This document shows positions 12,108 through 25,441 of a stretch of 64,000 bases of DNA, piece by piece. The DNA comes from Leptogorgia sarmentosa (Eukaryota). A program made the position numbers and the translations under genes. The notes under the pieces are model-generated. The model made no database searches. It was not told the DNA's origin and saw only the letters and a program-made list of their open reading frames with translations. Location: assembly GCA_964658305.1 (NCBI GenBank), contig OZ210885.1:4712001-4776000 (forward strand), read 5' to 3'. The stretch's first letter is position 1. Every line of letters begins with the position of its first letter.

Positions 12108-14922
12108 GGTTGTATCTCTTATGGGAGAGAATTTATGCGAGACTGCCCAACGTCAGCCGAGAAATTTAAAATGATAATAAAAAAAATTGTCATGTAATGA
12201 GTTTATATAACGGTCATTAACTACTTGAGACGGGTTTAAAGTACCTAGGAATAATAATAAAATTTGGGCATATTCTATACAATGATTATATATGCAAGGA
12301 AGATCATGAACAATGCAAAAAATGTCAGAATCACTTCGGGAAATATTACGCCGAATCCCCCTCGCTCCGGGTCTATAAATGATAAATATTACGACGTTTT
12401 ATCGTGAAAATTTGACTTTTACGTATGAGAAAAATATCAAACAAGTTAAATTTTGAACTAAACAAGCTATCTGCATAAAATTCAATCTGATTTTTCTAAA
12501 AAAATTGTTAAACGTTGGCGATATTCTTGATTCAATTTATATTCATAATGGTTTGGCCTAAACATTGCATACTATGTTGAATATATGATACCGTTTTAAG
12601 TGTCCAGCTCTTAAAAACAGGTGCATGTATATGTCGTTTTAACTCTTCCCCTCAAAATAGTAAAATTTCTTATCACGTTGATAAACGTGGCTTAAAAGGT
12701 AATAATTCTGGAAATGGTGTCTAGACCTAGACATATTTTCTGAAATTATTTAAAGTCTTTGCTACAATTAAGATTCCGGGGAGAAAATTTTGACGGTAGT
12801 GTCCAGCTGTCGTCAAGAATAACGTTGTCAGGCAACCATCTTTATTCTTTAAAAGGATTTGAAAGGGGAAAATATCATGGGAAAAATTCAACTCCTTTTC
12901 TATGGCCACTAAAATCCATTCGAAATAAGAAATGGATATTATCGCCTAATTCATGAAGTTTCATGACGTTGCTATAGCCATATCGCACGACGCTCATTAT
13001 TCAGTCCACTTTGTTTGAACAAACATTGATCTCAGGGTAGGGGCGGAGTTATGAAGGTAAACAGGGCCGGATTAACACACTTTTGGGCCTGGAGCTGGTA
13101 AACTCACCGGCCTATATATGTATATCGTATATTAATGGTCGAGACTATCTGTTAGTCTTTCTTCTTGGAATGGAATTCAATCCGAAGAATGATATTCTAA
13201 CGAAAACAAGTGCTTTGTTTTGCCACCGCGCGGATAGAAAAACATTTTGAATATTTAGGGTTTCCACATCGCCGGAAATGGCCATTTCAGAGTCTTAACT
13301 CCAGAACACGGGGAATTTTTGGGGGTAATAACAGTAATATTCAAAATTATTATCTTGCATATCTTAATAATTTTGAAATCAATTATGGTCAAAATGCATT
13401 TTAATACAAATAGAAGGATTTTTATCGAGGTGAAATAGCCTATTTACGATTGGCGAAATGTCTGGGATAAACATTGAAAAAATATTTTTTGAAGAATTTT
13501 CACATATCCTTTACCAATGAGCGCCCCCCCCCCCCCCCCCATCTTTTATATGTATGAGATGGCTTCCTATGCAGAACAACATTGATTATTCAGTTCACTT
13601 TGTTTGGACAAACATTGATCTCACACATATTTAGAAATGCAAATTGGTTATATTTCTGAATCATGATTATGAATTTTATAAGTAAAAAGTTCATGGAGTG
13701 TGGGGGGTGTGAAACTCCCCCCCCCCCCCCCCCTCCCACGTTGAAATACGCCGATTGGCAGGGCAATTATGAGCAGGGCAGGGAATGTTTTTTCCCGCAA
13801 AAAATTATTGAATATTGGTTTGAAAAAACTAAACAAACGACTGGGTTATTATTGATGGTGGAATTGTGCGAAAAATTGAATAAGGAATGGTTCACTCTTA
13901 CAAATGTTCTCTTATTCCGGCCATCAAATGACGGTCTCCCTAGAGATTCTAATTGTTCAGAATTTTCCTGCTCTGCGCTAACCATGGTGGTGCCTTGTGA
14001 GATTCGCCCCCCTTCCCCCCCAAAACATCCTTATGTCCTTGAGTATGTCATGATTTTTATCCGGGCAGTTCTATCTAACCCCCCCTCCCCTCCCACTATG
14101 CGGAGGTAGTTTCGCTCGTGACTATGATCCTGTCTTTGGGACTGGAAGTAAAAATTTGAATAATGTTCGAGTTCCGGAAATAAGTGTTTGACCGAATCAA
14201 ACAGGTGAGATCATGTATATTGATGAAGTGAAATTTGACGCCATATACATTTCTCAAACTAGAAAATCTTAGTACAAGTCTATATTATCGGATTATTTTG
14301 TTATCTCTATTATTCAAGATATTTACGAATTGACAGCATCAAGCCAACATGCCTGTGCGTCAGACTGATAAATTATGTGTTTAAAGAAGTCTAGACAACA
14401 TTATTAACTTGTGAATAATTATAATACAGTCAAAACTACATCTGTTCCGATTGTAATGTTTCTATACGCACGACGAACGAAAAGACCCTGTGGTTTAGAA
14501 GCGACAAATATAGCATTCCCAAGGTTCTAGTTCGCAAAATTTCTTGAGGGAGAATTTACCAGGTTGATGTATATTTACAAGGATTTTTGTGGGCGTTTAC
14601 TGTTTTAATTTAATTTTCAAATAATATTTTTGCTATCAACTGTCGATTCATTGCAATGTTTTTCAGTTCTTAAAATAAAAAGTATTTTTTATTCTCTTTA
14701 GAGGTTTGATAAAATCCTTTCTTTAATTGAAACTGTTCATGTGTTCGTAACATACCAAATCTATAAAGCAGTATATTAATTTTAGTCCCTGGTAGATTCG
14801 CTTCAAGGCATGTAAGAATCCTCTTTATCCCGCACCGATTAGAATACAATGAATCGAATGTATCTTCACTATTCAGCAGGATGAATTCTGTAAGTTCTTA
14901 ACCAGAATTTCGAATCAAACTC

Positions 14923-15873
14923 TTACTGGTGGAGTTTGTTGCATCGAAGTATCCTAAGGAGGATCTGTCCATAAGCCTTTCTGTATTTGATATGTCTCAT
15001 TCCATAGATGAAAGCATTGACAATGGAGTTTATTCCATAAAATTCATAGTGAAGAACTGCGAACCACAACTGCTTGCATGAAGCACTACATGAAGATATG
15101 TTTTCTAGCACCTGCCCAACCACTGTCGGTGTTAAAACACACAAAGTCAACACTGCAACAACAATAGAAAATGTTCTGACTGCCTTGAAAGCTTGAAAAA
15201 ATCGATTAAAATCCTTCGTGTTGGTTGCTGTTTCAGCCAAGATACGTTTTCGTTGTTTCTCCGCAACGATTAGAATCCAAACATTGAGAATTACTATCAA
15301 CGTCAGTGGAAAGTACAAGAAAACCGCGTCCCTGAAGTAGTACAGCATAAGATCTACGTGGCAATAATTTCTTAAATTTTCTTTAGATTTTGTTATTTCA
15401 ACCACTAAAACGGCAAAAATTCAACAGGTAGTTACCCAAATACCAGATAAAGCTACAAAAACTCGTCGTTTGGTCACAATCAGCGGATACTTGAGAGGTT
15501 TGACAATATAGAAACATCGATCAACAGTAATTGCGAGAAGTGTGGCTATTGAAGCGAACATTAATGCTTTTATGCTGGAACGACTTAACTTACAAAATAA
15601 GTCCTGATCACTATCGGTGTTTAATAAAGTCTGCATAAATTCAATCATCCATATTGGATAAAATGTTAAGCACACGAGAAGATCTGCCAGTGCCAGGTTT
15701 CCAACCAAGTAAGATGTCGCTGTCTTTTCTTTGCTCGTAAAAATTGTATAAATTATAACTGTGATATTTCCCAAAACTCCAATAATCATTGCGAAGAATT
15801 TAAACACAACGGACGAAATAAGAATCTCTCTCGGTACTAGTACTGTGGAGAAATGCGACGAATTATTTGCCAT
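14923..15873 (-). pseudogene. Class A GPCR, copy 3, single in-frame nonsense codon
   Basis: Colinear with copy 4. TGC(Cys) has become TGA at 15421-15423 in TM4 and the two track ORFs are in the same frame. There is also a 6-bp insertion near 15839. Confidence 0.88.
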
Positions 15874-16148
15874 GGTTGTATCTCTTATGGGAGAGAATTT
15901 ATGGAAGACTGCCCATCTGGACGACGTCTGTTAAGAATGCGGCAAAATTTAAAATGACAATCAACAAAATAAATTTGTCATATAATGAGTTTATATAACG
16001 GTCATTAACTACTTGAGACGGATTTAAAGTACCTAAGAATAATAATATTTGCGCACATCCTATACAATGATTATATATGCATGCAAGGAAGATCATGAAT
16101 ATCTATGGGAGATAACCGTTACGTTAAATAACCGTGAGTTTTTACTTA

Positions 16149-16280
16149 AACCTGGTTCACACTATAGTCGCATTTCATCGGCGATCTATTGTATTTCGTT
16201 CTGACCGAAAATGCATTTTGTGCATCAGAACACTGACAATGAACATCGCCGATTCTTGCGAATGGCGTGAGCCAGGCTTT
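16149..16280. mobile_element. Small Harbinger-like MITE (second copy ~18998-19135)
   Basis: Ends aacctggttcacac / gtgagccaggctt with an internal atcggcgat/atcgccgat inversion. Confidence 0.5.
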
Positions 16281-16424
16281 AGTAATTTGCCATGTTTATG
16301 AAAACAGATTAAACATTGTGCATCATTTAATAAATTTAATTTATTTAAAAATTCAATTTTAAAATTTTTTTAAATTAAGAATTTTAAATTAATTTTATTT
16401 AATCTATTTTTTGGGCATCTTTGC

Positions 16425-16790
16425 ATGCCCAACTCGTTTATTCATCGTATAATATTTCCGTGGTCTCTCATTGGCTATGAGGGTGACAACTACGTGCAGT
16501 GCAAATTGACAGAACAAGTACAGAGACCGATATATCATCAAAGACGAAAAGATTGGATAAATATCGTCCACAAACATAGACCGGGTATTCACCCTACCGC
16601 GATCTCGTGTCTTTGTTCTGCACAGTTTGAAAATACATGCTTTGATGTGAATCTTGCTTCGGTTAAATCATTCAGTATGAAAAGTAAAATTGAAAGGAAA
16701 TGCTTTCCAGTAATTCATGTTGCTGGAATTGTCCAGCTGGCGGCTCAGGAACATGCAGTTGAGAAATTAAACACAAAGACATGTTGGTAT
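16425..16790 (+). mobile_element. Degenerate THAP-domain transposon relic (duplicate ~19252-19610)
   Basis: RKDWINIVHKHRPGIHPTAISCLCSAQF...FPVI matches the THAP pattern W...LCSxHF...PTI, with the zinc His lost. Confidence 0.65.
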
Positions 16791-17776
16791 TTTAATACAA
16801 TACGTCCGCAAGTGAAGCCATTTCGGCTAAATTTGCGTATACGAAAATGAATCTTAACATTATGCAAAGGTAAATGTTGGTGGCCACTAAAAACTTTGCA
16901 TATTATTATTTTGGGTAATTCGCCGGATCAAAAGGTTGTACTCGTTTGGCCTCCATTCAAAACGTCCCTACGTCTTTGAGTATGTCATGATTTTTGGCAG
17001 GGCAGTTCTACCTACCCCCCCCCCCCCCCATCCCACTATGCGGAGGTAGCTCGCTCGTGACTATGATCCTGTCTTGGTTTGACCGAATCAAACAGGTGAG
17101 ATCATGTTTATTGATGAAGTGAAATTTGACGCCATAAATTTCTAAAACTGGAACATCTTAATATAAGCCTATATTATCAGAATTATTTTGTTATCTCTAT
17201 TATACAAGACAAGCCAACATGCCTATAATGCCTATGGGTCAGATTGATAAATTATGTGTTTAAAGAAGTCTAGACAACATTATTAACTTAAAACTACATC
17301 TGTTCCACTTGTAATGTTTTTACGCACGACGAACCTAGAACCCTGTGGTTTAGAAGCGACAAATATAGCATTTCCAAGGTTCTAGTTCACAAAATTTATG
17401 GAGAGAGAATTTCCCAGGTTGACGTATATTTACAAGGATTTTTGTGGGCGTTTACTGTTTTAATTTAATTTTCAAATAATATTTTTCCCATCAACTGTCG
17501 CGATTGCAATGTTTTTCAGTCTCTAAAATAAAAAGTCTTTTTTATTCTCTTAAGAGGTTTGATAAAATCCTTTCTTTAATTGAAACTGTTCATGTGTTCG
17601 TAACATACCAAATTTATAATGCAGTATATTAATTTTAGTCCCTGGTAGATTCGCTTCAAGGCATGCAAGAACCGTCTTTATCCCGGACCGATTAGAATAC
17701 AATGAATCGAATGTATCTTTCACCGTTCAGCAGGATGAATTCTGTAAGTTCTTAACCAGAATTCCGAATCAAATTC

Positions 17777-18721
17777 TTACTGGTGGAGTTTGTTGCATCG
17801 AAGTATCCTAAGGAGGATCTGCCCAGAAGCTTTTCTGTATTTGATATGTCTCATTCCATAGATGAAAGCATTGACAATGGAGTTTATTCCATAAAATTCA
17901 TAGTGAAGAACTCCGAACCACAACTGCTTGCACGAATCACTACATGAAGATATGTTTTCTAGCACCTGCCCAACCACTATCGGTGTTAAAACACACAAAG
18001 TCAACACTGCAACAACACCAGAAAATGTTCTGACTGCCTTGAAAGCTTGAAAAAATCGATTAAAATCCTTCGTGTTGGTTGCGGTTTCAGGCAAGATACG
18101 TTTTCGTTGTTTCTCCGCAACGATTAGAATCCAAACGTTAAGAATTATTATCAACGTCAATGGAAAGTAGAAGAAAATCACGTCCCTGAAGTAGTACAGC
18201 ATAAGATCTACGTGGCAATAATTTCTTAGATTTTCTTTAGATTTTGTTATTTCAACCACTAAAACGGCAAAAATGCAACAGGTAGTTACCCAAATACCAG
18301 ATAAAGCCACAAAAACTCGTCGTTCTGTCACAATCAGCGGATATTTGAGAGGTTTTATAATAAAGAAACATCGATCAACAGTAATTGCGAGAAGTGTGGC
18401 TATTGAAGCGAACATTAATGCTCTTATGCTGGAGCGACTTAACTTACAAAATAAGTCCTGATCACTATCGATGTTTAATAAAGTCTGTATAAATTCAATG
18501 ATCCATATTGGATAAAATGTTAAACACACGAGAAGATCTGCCAGTGCCAGATTTCCAACCAAGTAAGATGTCGCTGTCTTTTCTTTGCTCGTGAAAATTG
18601 TATAAATTATAACTGTGATATTTCCCAAAACTCCAATAATCATTGCGAAGAATTTAAATACAACGGACGAAATAAGAATCTCACTTGGTATTGTGAAGAA
18701 ATGCGACGAGTTATTTGCCAT
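17777..18721 (-). CDS. Class A GPCR, copy 4, 314 aa
   Basis: Full 7TM ORF, closely similar to copies 2 and 3. Confidence 0.92.
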   Translation of the reverse strand: MANNSSHFFTIPSEILISSVVFKFFAMIIGVLGNITVIIYTIFTSKEKTATSYLVGNLALADLLVCLTFYPIWIIEFIQTLLNIDSDQDLFCKLSRSSIRALMFASIATLLAITVDRCFFIIKPLKYPLIVTERRVFVALSGIWVTTCCIFAVLVVEITKSKENLRNYCHVDLMLYYFRDVIFFYFPLTLIIILNVWILIVAEKQRKRILPETATNTKDFNRFFQAFKAVRTFSGVVAVLTLCVLTPIVVGQVLENISSCSDSCKQLWFGVLHYEFYGINSIVNAFIYGMRHIKYRKASGQILLRILRCNKLHQ

Positions 18722-19628
18722 GGTTGTATCTCTTATGGGAGAGAATTTATGGGAGACTGCGGCCCATCTGGACGACGTCTGTTAAGAATGCGGCAAAATT
18801 TAAAATGACAATCAACAAAATAAATTTGTCATATAATGAGTTTATATAACGGTCATTAACTACTTGAGACGGATTTAAAGTACCTAAGAATAGTAATATT
18901 TGCGCACATCCTATACAATGATTATATATGCATGCAAGGAAGATCATGAATATCTATGGGAGATAACCGTTACGTTAAATAACCGTGAGTTTTTACTTAA
19001 ACCTGGTTCACACTATAGTCGCATTTCATCGGCGATCTATTGTATTTCGTTCTGACCGAAAATGCATTTTGTGCATCAGAACACTGACAATAAACATCGC
19101 CGATTCTTGCGAATGGCGCCGGTGAGCCAGGTTTTAGCAATTTGCCATGTTTATGAAAACAGATTAAACATTGTGCATCATTTAATAAATTTAATTTATT
19201 TAAAAATTCAATTTTAAAACCTAATTTTAATTTTCGGCATCTTTGAGTTGCATGCCCAACTTGTTTATTCATCGTATAAAATTTCCGTGGTCTCTCATTG
19301 GCTATGAGTGTGACACTACGTGCAGTGCAAATTGACAGGACAAGTACAGAGACCGATATACGAAAAGATTGGGTAAATATCGTCCACAAACATAGACCGG
19401 GTGTACACGCTACCGCAATCTCGTGTCTTTGTTCTGCACAGTTGGAAAATACATGCTTTGATGTGAATCTTGCTTCGGTTGAATCATTCAGTATGAAAAG
19501 TAAAATTGAAAGGAAATGCTTTCCTGTAATTCATGTTGCTGGAATTGTTCCGCTGGCTCAGGAACATGCAGTTGAGAAATTAAACACGAAGACATGTTGG
19601 TATTTTAATACAATACGTCCGCAAGTGA

Positions 19629-20246
19629 CAGTGGCGTGCTGGCATTTTTTGGCAGGGGAGGCCAAGCGGCAAAAATACCATTTGGCGCCCCCCCCCCCCG
19701 CATAAGCGTACGGGCTACATTTTTTCACGGGGGGCAGAAAGTTCTTTGCCCGAATTTGAGGGTAGCGAATGTCACGAGGTGCCACCATGGTTGGCGCCGA
19801 GCGAGAAATTTTTGAACTTTTACAACCTCTGGATTGCCGGAAACGGCGATTTCAGAGTCCTAACTCCGCTTTCTTGGTACGCTCGTTCAGATGAACGACT
19901 GGAGCATTGTTGACATTACCTTATTTCTCAGATTTTTGCCCGAATTATGCTCAAAATCAGTGCCCGAATTTTCCAATTTGAAATTTTTTGGGGGGAGCAC
20001 TAATCTGCAATATTTTAACAAATTAAATGTACAGCCAGGGGTCATCGCAAACTGTTGTCAAATCTCTATTATGTCCACGAAAGTAGGCATAAATGGAACT
20101 CATTGCGACTTTTCATTTGTTTTGTAATTGTTTTTCTATTTCGGGACAAATATGGCGCCCATTATGCAACTTTGGCGCCCCATAAAAAAGTTCACTGGGG
20201 GGGCCATGGCCCCCCGGCCCCCCCCCCCCCTGCCAGCACGCCACTG
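19629..20246. mobile_element. hAT MITE with nested repeat
   Basis: TIR cagtggcgtgctggca; perfect 8-bp TSD GCAAGTGA; empty site in the paralogous segment near 16808. Interior 19701-19995 matches the element at 54745-55081. Confidence 0.92.
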
Positions 20247-20790
20247 GCAAGTGAAGCCACTTCGGCTAAATTTGCGTATACGAAAATGAATCTTAACATT
20301 ACGCAAAGGTAAATGTTGGTGCATGACCACTAAAAACTTTGCATATTATTATTTTAGGTAATTCGCCGGATCAAAAGGTTGTATTCTTTTGGCCTCTATC
20401 CAGGGAAAATTGATGAACAAATTACAACAATTTAAACTTTATAGTGATGAACTGAAAACATAACGACATACCACACGGCAGTGAGACTCTGCTCTATATT
20501 TTTACTATAAGCCTATATACATTGAACTTCTACAAATACAGCAAAAACTAAAAAGTTCATAGTAAATATATTAATAGCTATAGTAGAATACTTAAAACAA
20601 TTAGATCAAGTCAACATCGAAACATCGATTGAAATAAACCATAAATGTCTTTCGGAGTAACTGGGGTTTTTTGTATTTTGTTATTATTTATTTAATTTCG
20701 TCAATTTTAATTTTTCCCAAAATATCTCTCTTCCGGACAAAATATGTGCCATGAGTTTATGAATGAATTTACGATTTACAATGAATTTAC

Positions 20791-20972
20791 GGGGCTGACT
20801 ATACGGAGAAAGTCCAGCCCGGGCAGAGATTTCATCCCGGCTGCATGACGTATGAAGAACGATTTGAATGAAAGTGTGTATTCAAAATAATGAGCCTTTG
20901 TTGTTATTCAAATTATCTTCCTCTTTTAAATACGTCAACATCCGAGCTGCAATTTCCCCATGCAATCAGTCC
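20791..20972. mobile_element. Degenerate Harbinger-like MITE
   Basis: Imperfect TIRs ggggctgactatacggagaaagtccagcccgg / ccgagctgcaatttccccatgcaatcagtcct. Confidence 0.5.
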
Positions 20973-21505
20973 TTAACTCGAATATACATTTCGGTGATCC
21001 GCGAAAAAACTGCGATCGGTGAGTGAAGCCCACAACAATCCAATCACATCTCCCCTTTAGGTCGGTTAAAAGTATGATTATAGCTTTTTTAATTCTAAAT
21101 TTCCTCATTTATTTATCTGTGGAGTAGTTTACAGTTAAGGAATTGAACATTTTCTATGTTTACATCGAGTTACGTAAACACGAGTGCAAGTTTGGGAGAA
21201 CACGAAATGTGTGGAAACACTTGCCCGAAAACATAGGAAAATGTTTTCTATTACTTTGATAAAATAACACGATGACAAAAGCGGAATAACGAGAAGCAGC
21301 GGGAAGTATCTGTGTTTACATAATCTCGCAACAACACGGCTGTTAGCCAATCACGCGCGCGCAAGTCTTTTTCACTTACTTCCGGTTATTTTATAAAATC
21401 GCTTACAACAAGGAAATAAATAAACGTAGCTAACTTTAATTGCTTCGTTGAGGCCGGATGATCAACATAATTCGTTTCCAACATTTTTCTGGCGAAAAAC
21501 CTTTA

Positions 21506-22441
21506 TTAGGTGTTACAGCGAAGTATTTTCAAAATGATTTGTCCCGCAGCCTTCCTGTATTTGATATGTCTCATTCCATAGATGAAAGCATTCACAATTG
21601 AATTTATTCCGTAAAATTCATAATGAAAAACGGCGAACCACAACTGCTTGCATGAAGCACTGCATGAAGGTATTTTATATAACACCAACCCAACTACTGT
21701 TGGTGTTAAAACACAGAAAGTCAAAACTGCAACAACAATAGAAAAAGTTTTGACTGCTCTGAGTGCTTGAAAAAATCGATTCACATCCCTTCTGTTGGTA
21801 GGTGTTTCAGCCAAGATACGTTTTCGTTGTTTCCCCGCAATGATTAAAATCCAAGCATTAAGAATAACTATTAACGTCAGTGGAAAATAGAAAAAAATCG
21901 CTTGCTTGAACAAGATCAGAGTATAATCCAGGTAGCAAAGATTTCTTGACGTTTCGTTAAAGCTCCTGAGAGACGCAAGTAAAACAAAAAAAGCACAACA
22001 TACAGTTAACCAAATACCAGACATAACTACAAAAACTCGTCGTTTGGTCACAATCAGCGGATATTTGAGAGGTTTTACAATATAGAAACATCGATCAACA
22101 GTAATTGCGAGAAGTGTGGCCACTGACGCGATCAGTAATGCCCAGATGGTTGAACGACTTAACTTACAAAATAAGTTCTGATCGCTATCGATGTTTAATA
22201 AAGTCTGTATAAATTCAATCGTCCATATTGGATAAAATGTTAAACACACGAGAAGATCTGCCAGTGCCAGGTTTCCAACCAAGTAAGATGTCGCTGTCTT
22301 TTCTTTGCTCGTAAAAATTGTACAAATTAAGACTGTGATATTTCCCAAAACTCCAATAAGCATTGCGACGATTTTAAATATAACGGACGGAATTAGAATT
22401 TCACTCGGTATTGGGGAGAAATGTGACGAGTTATTTGCCAT
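21506..22441 (-). CDS. Class A GPCR, copy 5, 311 aa
   Basis: Full 7TM ORF; start placed at the conserved MANNSS ATG (22441). Confidence 0.92.
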   Translation of the reverse strand: MANNSSHFSPIPSEILIPSVIFKIVAMLIGVLGNITVLICTIFTSKEKTATSYLVGNLALADLLVCLTFYPIWTIEFIQTLLNIDSDQNLFCKLSRSTIWALLIASVATLLAITVDRCFYIVKPLKYPLIVTKRRVFVVMSGIWLTVCCAFFVLLASLRSFNETSRNLCYLDYTLILFKQAIFFYFPLTLIVILNAWILIIAGKQRKRILAETPTNRRDVNRFFQALRAVKTFSIVVAVLTFCVLTPTVVGLVLYKIPSCSASCKQLWFAVFHYEFYGINSIVNAFIYGMRHIKYRKAAGQIILKILRCNT

Positions 22442-25441
22442 GGTTATGTATTTCGTGGGAGATAATTGAATGTCTGTTAAAGACGGAGAGGAGAAAAATA
22501 GAAGCACAGAATAAAATTAATTTGTGTAAGATGTTCATCAATTGGTGTATCAAGTATTGTACCGATTGTACAATGTACGCGCGCAGATGGCAAATTAGCT
22601 TTTGGATTTAAATACAAACAAACTCAATGTAACAATGTGATCAATTTGCATAAATAATTGAAATTTTTGATTTGGAAATTTGAGGGGATGACAAGCTTCA
22701 GCTTGTTGTCATTTCGCCAGGGCCAGAATGTCCTATGGCAATGAAAATAAGGTTTGTCCAATTCAATAGAACTGTTGCATTTTCTTACCAATCTCCTTTA
22801 CAGAATTTAGAATTTTATGAGAATCAAATTTCTAGGTTCCGTTAATTTGCTGTAGATATTGACATAGCAAAGAGACTTCGTAGTTGATATTTGTATTTCC
22901 CAAGCGCCCTTGACATTGTGTTATGCAGGTGAATAATAATAAAAATGCCACATGCGTGACCAGGATTCATAAAGAAGTTTTGGAACGTACTCTGATCGTA
23001 ATTGTGAGCCACTATCGTAAAAATTTATCACTAGAGTAATTGTATATTTAGTATCATTTTACCTGTCGAAGATTGCAGACTGAAAGCTCAGTTCGTTTTA
23101 ATAAAAATTTACGATCCAGCTGCATAATATTGACATAAAACTAATTTTCTGAATCAACCTAACTACTATGCAAGTCAAGAGAAAGATGAATGACATTCTC
23201 AGGGTACTACCGTCGCAGTCGTTCTTTACATTTTTGAGGTGTCCGGTAATTCTTTAATATCTCGTCACCCAAAGCTCATTTAATTATTGGTAGCTTAGTA
23301 TATACAGCAAAATATATGAGCTTATAGCTTATATAGCATTTTTACCAGATGATAATGCTAACTTTCGTAGGTTTCAACGTTCATAAGTATCTTTAGAATC
23401 AGCACAAAACTGCAGGGGTCATCCAAAGGCCTCCAAAATTTTCCAAAATGAGCATTTCTAATTAGTAAATGGGTAGTTCTAAATCTTAAAATAGGCAGTT
23501 CTAAATCGAGGTTTAGAGAGAAAATGTTCAATTTCCAAACGTGAAAGTATCTAAACATTCAATATTTACAAAACAAATAAACAACAGCTAGTAATTAAAG
23601 ATTTTAGGTTTCAACTGTAGTTTTAAATTATTACTAATATTCCAAAGGTATGATATTTGCAACATTGTAAAAGTGTCTTAATTCTTGATACCGTTTCTTA
23701 CAATGGAATATGAAGTATCAGACCACATAAAGCTAGCAGCTCCGGTACAATCCCGATTTCTGTTTTAGCAAAATGCACTATCTTCTGAATATCAAATGGC
23801 ATTTGAGAGACTACAATTTAATTTTTTCAGGGGGAATATCCTCCACACTACTAGAGGGCTTGTACCAACTCGAAAACACGTCGACACATGAAGCAGGTTT
23901 GAAATATATAGGGTAATTCTAATTGTTTCTTAGGATGATCTCCGTAAAACTGAGTTGAAGGTGCGCGATATATGCGTGAAGTCCATCCTCGCATATACCG
24001 AAAAAGGAGTATATTTAACAGTTGCATGAAGGAAATGTTCACTCTTTGAAGGACGTAATCTAGTCGGATTTTTGTTCACGAATGTTTTCAAATTTGTGCA
24101 AAAGGTGTGACGAGAATATACGCCTCACAGTGGCTCATTATGCAATGACAGTTGACCAGACTCATGCAGTCTTGAATTTAAATAAATGTTTTATAAGATA
24201 TCTTCGATTTGAGTCTCCAAACATGGTAAATAATATATTAATGATATAGCATTTGTAAATTCTAAACGCTGATTGGCGTTTAGATGCCCGGATTAATGCC
24301 CCGCTAATATAATTCAATATCAAAATTCCCTGCCGGTCTTAGAATTCGTGTTGTTCTTCATGGTTTTGTACAAATTAGTGTTGTCCTGTTGGTCGTCAAA
24401 TTGGTGTTATCCTTTATATTCTTTATGCTATATTGGAAAAAACTAAATTGGGAAACTATTGGAAAAATTTTCCGTGTTTCTATGGAAATTCGGGAGAAAC
24501 CAGAAATTGCGTGGGAATTGGTTGCATGACCTTGTCATAGAGTAGTGCTAGTTGTGACGTAATGTGCATGCTTATCGAAAATCTTTCAAAGTAGCTGCCA
24601 GTTTATGATGATTTAATCAAAAGACATCAGAAAAATATTTGGAATAATTTTAATTTTATAAATTATTTTGATATATTTATAAATATATTTTCATGAATAT
24701 TGAATTTTATGCTTTGAAATCTATTGATGAAGTAAACGATACTATAAATGAAAAGTTTAAATACATGGAGAATTTAATATGTTCATTTAACACTGACTGA
24801 GCAGTGCTACACAGCCTGACATTTAATATTAAACGTTATTAAAAAGGCGACGGGTAGGAAGCATGACAGGAAAATTTTCATTATTATCTCAGATGTGTAT
24901 TAAGATTTGACATGATGAAAATGATTTGACGTTCTCTAACTGAAAATATTTATCTATCTGCCAGCTTTCGGCTACCAGTCTTTAACAGGCATATATATGC
25001 AGTGAGGCAAAAGGACACTAAATCTAAGTAATATCTGTAAAAAAACTAGACATCAGACAAATATTCTTATATACTGTAGTTATAATGTGGCACATGACCC
25101 GGTATCATACTGCATGCAGATGCAGGTGCATGTATCAATATACAAGAAAAATTGAAAAATTTCCTTTCAAGCATAGCATGCCCACTGGCGTAATTAACTT
25201 TAAGTTTCCCTATTCAAGTAACTATCTTCAACTTTAGCCATTATACAATCGTCTTGAGAGCGATCCAGTAAAAATACCTTTCGTTGTTTTGTAAAAAGTG
25301 ATTTGTAATTCCTTATCAAAGTTCGGGATCAGATTTCTTCATTGGGTGCCAAATTTCTTGGAATGAAATATCCAGTTTCCAGTATCTGTCCATGTTACTT
25401 TCATCGTTTTGTGGAGAATGAACTGGACCAGCGTTCATTAG

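Larger units (their letters stand above)
9100..20400. repeat. Recent tandem segmental duplications carrying GPCR copies 2-4
   Basis: 9100-12260, 12385-16030 and 16970-18900 share near-identical flanks. 15885-16960 recurs at 18735-20400 apart from one MITE insertion. Confidence 0.9.

Noticed and set aside
22442..22507. N-terminal extensions in the ORF track (also 44860-44901 and 52554-52688)
   Set aside because: Not conserved among paralogues; the MANNSS ATG is shared by all copies.
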